Shown here: positions 1 through 10,166 of the stretch, one piece after another
Layout: every line of letters begins with the position of its first letter
How positions within the stretch are numbered: position 1 is the stretch's first letter
NCBI GenBank assembly: GCA_963827235.1
Contig: CAWHAE010000006.1
Coordinates: 1 to 10,248 of the forward strand
DNA: 10,248 nucleotides
Reading direction: 5' to 3'
Source: an uncultured bacterium
GTDB lineage: Bacteria > Chloroflexota > UBA5177 > JANWHV01
The notes under the pieces: generated by a model
Database searches by the model: none
Told to the model about the DNA's origin: nothing
The model's input: only the letters and a program-made list of their open reading frames with translations
Program-made: the position numbers and the translations under genes

Positions 1-356
1 AGGAGGCTCGCAAAGCTGCACAGGAAGCCCAGGCGAAGACGGACGAGCAGCTCGCGGAGGCGCGGGCCCAGGCTCAGGAGATTCTGCGGCAGGCGTCACA
101 AACCGCCAACGGTCTGCGGGACCAGATCGTTGCTGAGGCCAGGGCGGAGGCCCAAAAGGTCCTCGAGCGAGGACGAATCGAGATAGATCGCGAGCGCCAG
201 GCCGCCTTCGACGAACTGCGTAAGGTAACCGCCGACCTGGCACTGCTTGCCGCCACTCGCGTGATAGAAAAGTCCCTCGATACCACCGATAATCGCCGGC
301 TCATCGCACAGGCCATCACCGAAGCCGGCAGCCTCTCAGTGGCCAGGCAGGCATAA
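1..356 (+). CDS. atpF: F0F1 ATP synthase subunit b, 5'-truncated by the window edge
   Basis: Manual translation of frame 3 (from nt 3): EARKAAQEAQAKTDEQLAEARAQAQEILRQA...ARAEAQKVLERGRIEIDRERQAAFDELRKVTADLALLAATRVIEKSLDTTDNRRLI...; this is the Ala/Glu-rich coiled coil and C-terminus typical of subunit b. TAA at 354-356, directly before atpH. Confidence 0.95.
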   Translation, partial: EARKAAQEAQAKTDEQLAEARAQAQEILRQASQTANGLRDQIVAEARAEAQKVLERGRIEIDRERQAAFDELRKVTADLALLAATRVIEKSLDTTDNRRLIAQAITEAGSLSVARQA

Positions 357-899
357 ATGGCGAACGTCAGCTATGCCAGGCGGTATGCGCAGGCGGCCCT
401 CGAGCTCGGTCTCGAGCATGGCGACCTCGAAATCTGGGAGCACGATCTGGCGTTGCTGGATGAGTTGTGGAAGGACGCCGACCGGCGCGCCTACCTCGAG
501 GACGTTCGAGTCAGCAAGCAGGAGCGACTGGCACGGTGCCGGCAGCATCTCGGTCAGCACCTGAGCCCGCGCGTCCTGAACATGGTACTCCTGCTGGTCA
601 CGCGGAGCCGTACGTCGCTGATTCCTTATATCGTGCGCCACTTCGTCGATCTGGAGCGCCAGCGCGACCAGCAGGTGGTCGCTCACGTGACCGCGACGTG
701 TGAGCTCACCGCGGACGAGCAGAGCGAGCTGAAAACGCTGCTCGCCGCCCAAACCGGCAAGAATATCGAGCTAGAGACTGAGATCAATGCCGACATCCTC
801 GGCGGGCTCGTCATCAAGGTCGAGGACCAGCTCCTTGATCTCAGCGTCCTGGGGAAGCTGAATCGTATTCGCAGCCAGGTCATTGGCCGCCGAGCCTGA
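357..899 (+). CDS. atpH: F0F1 ATP synthase subunit delta
   Basis: 180 aa; N-terminal ARRYAQA and C-terminal ILGGLVIKVEDQLLDLSV motifs of the delta/OSCP family; lies between atpF and atpA. Confidence 0.96.
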   Translation: MANVSYARRYAQAALELGLEHGDLEIWEHDLALLDELWKDADRRAYLEDVRVSKQERLARCRQHLGQHLSPRVLNMVLLLVTRSRTSLIPYIVRHFVDLERQRDQQVVAHVTATCELTADEQSELKTLLAAQTGKNIELETEINADILGGLVIKVEDQLLDLSVLGKLNRIRSQVIGRRA

Positions 900-947
900 C
901 GACCGTCAGAGCCTGGCCGTTCGACGGCAGTAGGAGCAGGGAAACAG

Positions 948-2456
<1,509 letters not shown>

Positions 2457-2507
2457 GCGTTCGCCGGAAATCGCCTTGGAGAGAATCCGGAAGGGGGAAC
2501 ACTGCAG

Positions 2508-4798
<2,291 letters not shown>

Positions 4799-4845
4799 CG
4801 GCAGCGCCCGGTGGCCGTCGACTCGCGACCGCGACAGCTTCCGGC

Positions 4846-4927
4846 GTCAACGTTGACCTTCCCGGTACGAGCAGCCTGCCGAGAACTGCGGACCAGGGCC
4901 CGGCATGACTCGGGCCGGGAAGGTCAA
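4846..4927. repeat. Nested inverted repeats in the atpD-atpC spacer
   Basis: Perfect 13-bp inverted repeat TTGACCTTCCCGG (4853-4865) / CCGGGAAGGTCAA (4915-4927); overlapping 12-bp palindrome GTCAACGTTGAC (4846-4857); inner GGCCCG (4897-4902) / CGGGCC (4911-4916). Confidence 0.85.
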
Positions 4928-4944
4928 ACCATGGAGGGCCTCTT

Positions 4945-5394
4945 ATGGCGCATGCTCACAAGGTCCGTCTACGCATCGTTACCGCGGACGCCCTGATCTT
5001 CGACGAGGAGGCAGACCTCGTCATCGCGCCGGGCGGCGCGGGAGAGCTGGGCATTCAGGCTCGCCACATACCGATCGTCACCACGCTCAAGCCGGGTGAG
5101 CTGCGCATAGAGCAGCAGCAGGTCGAGAAAGTGTTCGCCGTATCGGGCGGCTTTCTCGAGGTGCGCAACGAGGAGGAAGGCAGTGCCGCCATCGTGCTGG
5201 CCACCGCGGCAGAGCCTGCCGAAAACATCGACGTCGCGCGCGCCGAGGCCGCCCGCCAGCGCGCCCAGGAGCGGCTGGCCCAACGGGAGGCAAACGTCGA
5301 CGCCGTGCGCGCCGAGGCGGCCCTGATGCGCGCCATGGCGCGGCTCAAGGTGGTCGAGCAATACAACGTGCGGCGGCAAGGCATCCGGCAATAG
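4945..5394 (+). CDS. atpC: F0F1 ATP synthase subunit epsilon
   Basis: 149 aa; PGGAGELGIQARHIP, VSGGFLEV, IDVARAEAARQRA and RAMARL; SD GGAGG at 4933-4937; last gene of the atp operon. Confidence 0.97.
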   Translation: MAHAHKVRLRIVTADALIFDEEADLVIAPGGAGELGIQARHIPIVTTLKPGELRIEQQQVEKVFAVSGGFLEVRNEEEGSAAIVLATAAEPAENIDVARAEAARQRAQERLAQREANVDAVRAEAALMRAMARLKVVEQYNVRRQGIRQ

Positions 5395-5424
5395 ATCGGC
5401 GATCGGGCCGGGCGGGCGAATATG

Positions 5425-5670
5425 TCACTCGGATCGCAGCGGATTGATGCCTTCGCCTGGAATAGGCGTCGGCTCACCTCGCTCGATCGTCTTCTTGACT
5501 CGCTTCTCGAGCACTCGCCGCTCGATCATCACGTGGCGGTCGCACGTCGTGCAGCGAATGCCGATGTCGGCTCCCAGGCGGTAGACACGCCACTCCATGC
5601 CGCCGCATGGGTGCGGCTTGCGCAACCGGAGCAGATCGCCGATACGAAACTCAACCGGCGGCTGGGACAT
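5425..5670 (-). CDS. DUF951 family small protein (putative metal-binding)
   Basis: 81 aa; GDLLRLRKPHPCGGMEWRVYRLGADIGIRCTTCDRHVMIERRVLEKRVK matches the DUF951 pattern (KPHPCG..W...R.GAD....C..C); overlaps the pyrF 3' end by 20 bp. Confidence 0.9.
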   Translation of the reverse strand: MSQPPVEFRIGDLLRLRKPHPCGGMEWRVYRLGADIGIRCTTCDRHVMIERRVLEKRVKKTIERGEPTPIPGEGINPLRSE

Positions 5671-6508
5671 CGCCGTGTACCGCTCCCGAGCTCAAGGCGG
5701 AGCGCAGCGCCGCGTTGAGCTCCTGAGCCCTGCTCCGAGCCGCCTCGGCAAAATCGTCGCCCTTAGACGCATGAATGATTGCCCGGCTGACGCTCACTAC
5801 TACGCGACCGCGCTGAGCGACGGCAAGCGACCGCCCAAGCTCCTCGGCAGTGCCACCCTGAGCGCCGATGCCGGGCACGAGTATTGCGGCGCCGGGAACC
5901 AGCCGAGCCGCCCAGGCGAACGCCGCCTGCTCCCGCGCACCGATCACCAGCCCGGCACGCCCTGCCTCGATGGCGGACTGGAAAAGCCTGATCACGCGTG
6001 CGTAGAGAGGCTCTCCCTCCAGCATGGCATCCTGCAGCGTGGCAGCACCCGGATTGGAGGTCCGGCAGAGAACAAATGCGAAGCCCGCTTCATGCTCTAG
6101 CAGCGGTGCCACGGCGTCCAGGCCCAGGTAAGGACTGACCGTGCAGGCCGTGGCGCCCAGGTGCCCGAACAGCGCATCGGCATAGGCTTGGCTGGTGTTG
6201 CCTATGTCGCCGCGCTTGGCGTCGACGATCACTGGTATGTGCGAAGGCACGGCCGCGACAACCTCCTCCAGCGCAGCCCAACCGGCCGCGCCGAACCGCT
6301 CGAAGAAGGCCGCGTTCGGCTTGAAGGCGCACGCGACGTCTGCCGTTGCCTCGATGATCTGGCGGCAGAAGCCGGCCAGGCCGCGCGCACCGTCGAAGCA
6401 CGGCGGCAGGCGGCCCGGCTCGGGGTCGAGGCCGATGCAGAGACAGCCGCCGGAGGCGGCCCTGGCCACGCTCAGCCGCTGGAGAAAGCCGGAGGCTGCG
6501 GCGCTCAC
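5651..6508 (-). CDS. pyrF: Orotidine-5'-phosphate decarboxylase (subfamily 2 type)
   Basis: LCIGLDP, FKPNAAFFE, DAKRGDIGNT (catalytic DxKxxDIxxT), CRTSNP, PGIGAQGG, SRAI. Start moved from the ORF-track 6679 to GTG at 6508, which overlaps the PHP stop as GTGA; gives 285 aa. Confidence 0.95.
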   Translation of the reverse strand: MSAAASGFLQRLSVARAASGGCLCIGLDPEPGRLPPCFDGARGLAGFCRQIIEATADVACAFKPNAAFFERFGAAGWAALEEVVAAVPSHIPVIVDAKRGDIGNTSQAYADALFGHLGATACTVSPYLGLDAVAPLLEHEAGFAFVLCRTSNPGAATLQDAMLEGEPLYARVIRLFQSAIEAGRAGLVIGAREQAAFAWAARLVPGAAILVPGIGAQGGTAEELGRSLAVAQRGRVVVSVSRAIIHASKGDDFAEAARSRAQELNAALRSALSSGAVHGDVPAAG

Positions 6509-7164
6509 CGTCTCACCCGAGCCAGCAGATACTGCGGGTGCTCGATCAGTACGCTCTGCAAGTATGCTTCGGGCACGCCGGCGCCGAGCGCCACCAGCCT
6601 GGCCTTCTGCTCCGTGAGCAGATCCTCCGGAGAATGCCCGTCGGAATCCACGATCAGGCGCGCGCCCGCGGCGAGACAAACCTGGGCGACACGCCCGTTG
6701 CTCAGCGAGTGCCCGCGGCGCGCCGACAGCTCTACGAAGACGTCTCGCGTGCTGGCAAGCACGGCTTCCTCCTCGCTGAGCAGGCCCGGATGGGCAAGGA
6801 TGTCGACGTCAGGACAGCGCAGCGCGGCGAGATTGGTGCCGGCGGGTACCGGCTCAACCATGGTCTCGCCGTGGACAGCTACGATCTGCGCCCCGGCGGC
6901 TCGGGCGGAGCGGGCCGCCTCGGCAATTGCCTCGGGAGGCAAGTGGGTGATCTCGACGCCGAGCAAGACCTCGATCTGCCAGTACTTTGTGGCAAGCTGA
7001 ATATCCCGGCTCAGCTCCACGAAGCGGCTCTCGAGGAAGCCTATTCCGGCGTGGTCGGTGATTGCCATGGCAGTGTAGCCGTTGACACAGGCTGTACGGA
7101 TCAGCTCGACCGGCGACAGTTCGCCGTCGCTGAGATAGGTGTGGCAGTGAAAATCGTAGAGCAT
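6505..7164 (-). CDS. Stand-alone PHP-domain metal-dependent phosphoesterase (histidinol-phosphate phosphatase-like family)
   Basis: 219 aa; DFHCHTYLSDG, AITDH, GVEITH, VHGE, ILAHPG and DSDGH carry the PHP metal ligands; SD-like GGAAGGA upstream on the minus strand. Confidence 0.9.
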   Translation of the reverse strand: MLYDFHCHTYLSDGELSPVELIRTACVNGYTAMAITDHAGIGFLESRFVELSRDIQLATKYWQIEVLLGVEITHLPPEAIAEAARSARAAGAQIVAVHGETMVEPVPAGTNLAALRCPDVDILAHPGLLSEEEAVLASTRDVFVELSARRGHSLSNGRVAQVCLAAGARLIVDSDGHSPEDLLTEQKARLVALGAGVPEAYLQSVLIEHPQYLLARVRR

Positions 7165-7191
7165 AGCACGTTCCTTCCCAAATCTAAGGCT

Positions 7192-7200
7192 ACGCTAACA
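7192..7200 (-). promoter_or_regulatory. Possible extended -10 for the PHP-pyrF-DUF951 unit
   Basis: Minus strand reads TG-T-TAGCGT about 28 nt upstream of the PHP ATG; motif match only. Confidence 0.3.
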
Positions 7201-7237
7201 GCGGACATGGCAGCAAGGACCTCGGCATGTCGCGGTA

Positions 7238-7246
7238 TGCTATGCT
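7238..7246 (+). promoter_or_regulatory. Extended -10 promoter candidate for the methyltransferase
   Basis: TG-C-TATGCT (TGnTAnnnT) in the divergent intergenic region. Confidence 0.45.
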
Positions 7247-7297
7247 CTGGCGGTTCGGCTGCCGGAACGGCACCTCGATCTGATGGAAGGGCTCAAG

Positions 7298-8083
7298 ATG
7301 GAAAGCGGCGCCCCCGACCTCTATGCCTCGCGTCCCGACCTGTACGATGTGATGCACGCCGACTTCGTGGACGACACGCGCTTCGTGCATGAGCTATGCT
7401 CGTTACTTGACCACGCGCCACGTGTGCTGGAGCTCGGATGCGGCACCGGGCGCCTGCTGCTCCCGCTGCTCGACGCCGGCGCCAGCGTGGTTGGGCTAGA
7501 CCGTGAGCCGGCCATGCTCGCCGTTGCCGCGAGCCGGCTAGAGCTCTACGGTAACCGCATGAGCCTCGTCGAAGGTGACATGCGCCGCTTCGACCTCGCG
7601 CAGAGATTCGATATGGTAGTGATCGGCCTGAACACCTTCATGCATATGCTCAACATCAACGATCAGCTCGCCACACTGACCTGCGCGCACAAGCATCTGC
7701 GTCCGGCGGGCTTGCTGCTGTTGGACCTGGCCAACCCGCATTCGGTGGTGCATGATACGCCGCAGGGCGCCATCCAGCATCGGCTGACGCACGAGCTTCC
7801 CATTGCGCCCGCCACGACCGTGACCCTGTGGTCGGTCACGGAGATTTCACCTTCCGCGCAGCTCACCCACACGATGCTGTTCTTCGACGAGATGCGCGGA
7901 GATAGCGGCACCCTGCAGCGTTCGATTGCCGGCGTCACCCTCAGGCTGATCTACCGCTACGAGCTCGAGCATCTCCTGCACCGGGCGGGATTCAGCGTGA
8001 AAAACCTCTTCGGCGACTACGACTCGAATCCCTACGACGACGACAGCGAGAGACTGATCTGCGTTGCCACCGCACTGGCGTGA
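7298..8083 (+). CDS. Class I SAM-dependent methyltransferase, substrate unknown
   Basis: Motif I VLELGCGTGR, acidic GLDREPAML, GDMRRF and LRPAGLLLLD. Start placed at ATG 7298 because GGAAGG (7285-7290) lies 7 nt upstream; the alternative is ATG 7283. Confidence 0.92.
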   Translation: MESGAPDLYASRPDLYDVMHADFVDDTRFVHELCSLLDHAPRVLELGCGTGRLLLPLLDAGASVVGLDREPAMLAVAASRLELYGNRMSLVEGDMRRFDLAQRFDMVVIGLNTFMHMLNINDQLATLTCAHKHLRPAGLLLLDLANPHSVVHDTPQGAIQHRLTHELPIAPATTVTLWSVTEISPSAQLTHTMLFFDEMRGDSGTLQRSIAGVTLRLIYRYELEHLLHRAGFSVKNLFGDYDSNPYDDDSERLICVATALA

Positions 8084-8099
8084 CCGGCTACGCGGGGAA

Positions 8100-8269
8100 C
8101 CCGTCCGCGGCTCTGATTGGAACGCTGTGTGGCCATTCACCGGTCACTTTCCTTGATGTCCCGCTCGCGCGCCAGCAGGCTGCGCAACGATCGGCAAGCG
8201 CGTCGAGAGCCGGAGGTTGCAGGGCACCGGGCACGCGGGTACCATATCACCAGCGTTCCGCGCGGCGGG
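8100..8269. ncRNA. Candidate rod-shaped structured RNA (6S-like size and shape), unverified
   Basis: About ten short complementary blocks pair around one centre near 8186, including the 9-bp GGAACGCTG (8119-8127) / CAGCGTTCC (8251-8259). Manual pairing only; strand unknown. Confidence 0.3.
8217..8245 (+). promoter_or_regulatory. Sigma70-type promoter candidate for the small membrane protein
   Basis: TTGCAG (8217-8222) - 17 bp - TACCAT (8240-8245). Confidence 0.5.
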
Positions 8270-8339
8270 CTGCAGGTGTCCGTGTTGCCACGAACGTGAC
8301 ATTGAGATCGGGTGTTGGGAGCGCAAGGAGCGCCAGACT

Positions 8340-8636
8340 GTGACCAAGAGATCGGACATGTCGTCCCGGTACGCCGCCGCGCACGCGCGTCGCGAGCAGC
8401 GCCGGCGGGAATCGGGGGGTCGTGAGTACCTTCCCCTGGCGGAGGAAACGGCAGTCAACACGCAGACCACGGGCGGTTTCGCCGGTAGGCTGCGTGGGCA
8501 GTCGGCCGGCAACGCCGTGCTGACTTCTCGCCTGCCGGCCATCGATTACAGCTATCTGAAAGGTGATCTGATCCGCACGGCTGTCCTGACGTCTTCGCTA
8601 TTCGTGATCATGATCGTATTGTCGTTCATCATCTAG
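8340..8636 (+). CDS. Small hypothetical protein with a single C-terminal transmembrane helix (tail-anchored)
   Basis: GTG at 8340 with SD AAGGAG at 8325-8330; 98 aa; Arg-rich, low-complexity N-terminus, then DYSYLKGDLIR and the hydrophobic TAVLTSSLFVIMIVLSFII running to the stop. Confidence 0.8.
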   Translation: MTKRSDMSSRYAAAHARREQRRRESGGREYLPLAEETAVNTQTTGGFAGRLRGQSAGNAVLTSRLPAIDYSYLKGDLIRTAVLTSSLFVIMIVLSFII

Positions 8637-8690
8637 CGGGGGTTTACTATCGCCTCTCCTCATTCACCTGAGAGTGGCCCGCGGCATGGC

Positions 8691-10079
8691 CTGGCGGGTG
8701 ATTGGAGACGGACGTTACCGTCGGCCGAGGCGGTTCTGAAAGAGCCGGTGCTGGTAGAGGCCGTCTCCGACTACGGTCAGGGTGCCGTCTCGCGGCTTGT
8801 CCGGGAGCGATTGGACGATCTGCGGCACGGCTCGATGGCCGGGATTGATGTCACGAGCGGCACCATTGCCAAGGCCGTGGCGACCGAAGCGCAGCGGCGG
8901 TTCTCGCTTAGCCCAGGACCGGTCGTCAACGCCACCGGCGTGATCGTGCATCCACATCTGGGCCGCGCCCCTCTGAGCGAAGCCGCGATCGAGGCGATTC
9001 GCGGCGTGGCAGGCGGTTACAGCGCGATCGAATTCGACCTCGATCGCGGCATGCGAAGCTCACGTAATGCTCTCCTGGCACCATTGTTGAGCCAGCTCAC
9101 CGGTGCGGACGACGGGCTGATCGCGAATACCAATGCCGCCGGCCTCATGCTCATGCTCGCCGCCCTGGCTCGCGGGCGCGAGGTGATCGTGGCACATCGA
9201 CAGGCCATGGAAACCAGCGGCAGCTTCCGCGTCTCGACTATACTGGGAACAAGCGGCGCGCGCTTGGTCGAAGTGGGATCGACAAACCGGACCCGCATCA
9301 CCGACTACGCCGAGGCCATTACGCCCAAGACAGCCCTTATCCTCAACATCAACTCCACCGCCGTACGTGACTCAAGCTTCATCGAGACCGTTCCATTGAC
9401 CGACCTGGTTGCGCTTGGGCACCACAATGGCGTTCCCGTGATCGATGACCAGGGCACCGGCTGCATGGTCGACCTGACGAAATACGGTCTGGCGCGAGAG
9501 CCGACGGTGCAGGAGAGTCTGGCCGCCGGTGTGGATGCCGTGTGCTTCTCGGGTGACAAGCTGTTTGGCGGGCCGCAGAGCGGCATCGTGGTAGGTGGCG
9601 CCGACTTCATCGCCCGCGCCCGCCGGCACCCGTTGATGCGTGCGCTCCGGGTAGACAAGACCACCCTTGCCGCGTTGCACGCCACGGTGCTGCAGTACCT
9701 GCGCGGCGAAGCACTCGATGCCATTCCGGTGTGGCGCATGATCGCGGCACCGCGCGGCCAGCTCGAAGCGCGCGCCCTGGCATGGCTGGGTGCCGCGCAC
9801 GGCTTCGCGGGTTGCAAGGCGAGCGTGTTGCCCGGTCTTTCCTCGCTCAACGGCAACACGCTACAGGGCGAGACCATTCCCACCTTCGTGCTCAGTCTCC
9901 GGGCCTCTACCATTGCACGCGGCTGGGCGTCTCACATCATGACCGAGCTGCGGCACGGCGAACAGCCGGTGCTCACTCGCGTCGAAGATGGCGCGGTGCT
10001 GCTGGATCCGCGAACGGTTCTCCCCTGGCAGGATGAGATGGTGCGCCGGGCTCTGGCCACGGTCCTGGAAGCGGGCTGA
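8691..10079 (+). CDS. selA: SelA-family (L-seryl-tRNA(Sec) selenium transferase-like) PLP-dependent enzyme with divergent motifs; start uncertain (CTG 8691 or GTG 8748)
   Basis: PVVNATGVIVHPHLGRAPL, LVEVGSTNRT, FSGDKLFGGPQSG (PLP lysine at 9558-9560), HPLMRALRVDK and LLDPRTV. The N-terminal RTLPSAEAVL at 8709-8738 resembles the SelA 'LPsvd.lL' start and lies upstream of GTG 8748. Confidence 0.85.
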   Translation: MAGDWRRTLPSAEAVLKEPVLVEAVSDYGQGAVSRLVRERLDDLRHGSMAGIDVTSGTIAKAVATEAQRRFSLSPGPVVNATGVIVHPHLGRAPLSEAAIEAIRGVAGGYSAIEFDLDRGMRSSRNALLAPLLSQLTGADDGLIANTNAAGLMLMLAALARGREVIVAHRQAMETSGSFRVSTILGTSGARLVEVGSTNRTRITDYAEAITPKTALILNINSTAVRDSSFIETVPLTDLVALGHHNGVPVIDDQGTGCMVDLTKYGLAREPTVQESLAAGVDAVCFSGDKLFGGPQSGIVVGGADFIARARRHPLMRALRVDKTTLAALHATVLQYLRGEALDAIPVWRMIAAPRGQLEARALAWLGAAHGFAGCKASVLPGLSSLNGNTLQGETIPTFVLSLRASTIARGWASHIMTELRHGEQPVLTRVEDGAVLLDPRTVLPWQDEMVRRALATVLEAG

Positions 10080-10080
10080 G

Positions 10081-10131
10081 CGCACCTGTCCTGGCAGGGT
10101 GAGTGGCTCCCAGCCGGGACCGGTGCGTCTT
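10081..10131 (+). terminator. Long GC-rich hairpin after selA-like gene, possible terminator
   Basis: CGCACC/GGTGCG (6 bp), GTCCTGGC/GCCGGGAC (8 bp, one G-U), GGG/CCC (3 bp), 9-nt loop; followed only by a weak TCTT tail. Confidence 0.55.
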
Positions 10132-10159
10132 GACTCCTGAAGCTGGCGTCCTGTACCTT
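10130..10159 (+). promoter_or_regulatory. Sigma70-type promoter candidate for tRNA-Lys
   Basis: TTGACT (10130-10135) - 18 bp - TACCTT (10154-10159). Confidence 0.55.
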
Positions 10160-10166
10160 GTGAAGC

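Noticed and set aside
4876-4890. Hammerhead-like CTGCCGA in the atpD-atpC element
   Set aside because: Does not match the CUGANGA core and there is no GAAA partner.
5224-5322. Internal repeat in atpC (NIDVARAEAA / NVDAVRAEAA)
   Set aside because: Known feature of the two C-terminal epsilon helices, including the I(L)DxxRA ATP-binding motif of Bacillus-type epsilon.
5395-5424. Bidirectional terminator between atpC and DUF951
   Set aside because: Only weak short pairings and no U-tract on either strand.
6509-6679. N-terminal extension of pyrF in the ORF track
   Set aside because: Lies inside the PHP gene and shows no PyrF similarity; the GTGA overlap at 6508 is the better start.
5597-7392. 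Plus-strand ORFs 5597-6100, 6161-7000 and 6538-7392
   Set aside because: Antisense shadows of pyrF and the PHP gene.
8176-8196. SRP helix-8-like CAGG...GCAA...GGCA
   Set aside because: The bases flanking the GNRA loop do not pair and AGCA is not matched.
8063-8291. 8-bp direct repeat GTTGCCAC (8063-8070 and 8284-8291) as a target-site duplication
   Set aside because: One copy lies inside the intact methyltransferase CDS, neither abuts the hairpin ends, and there is no transposase; likely chance.
8217-8339. TTG start at 8217 giving a 139-aa, Cys-rich version of the membrane protein
   Set aside because: It has GGAGG directly adjacent with no spacing and coincides with a -35 element; AAGGAG plus GTG 8340 is a better start.
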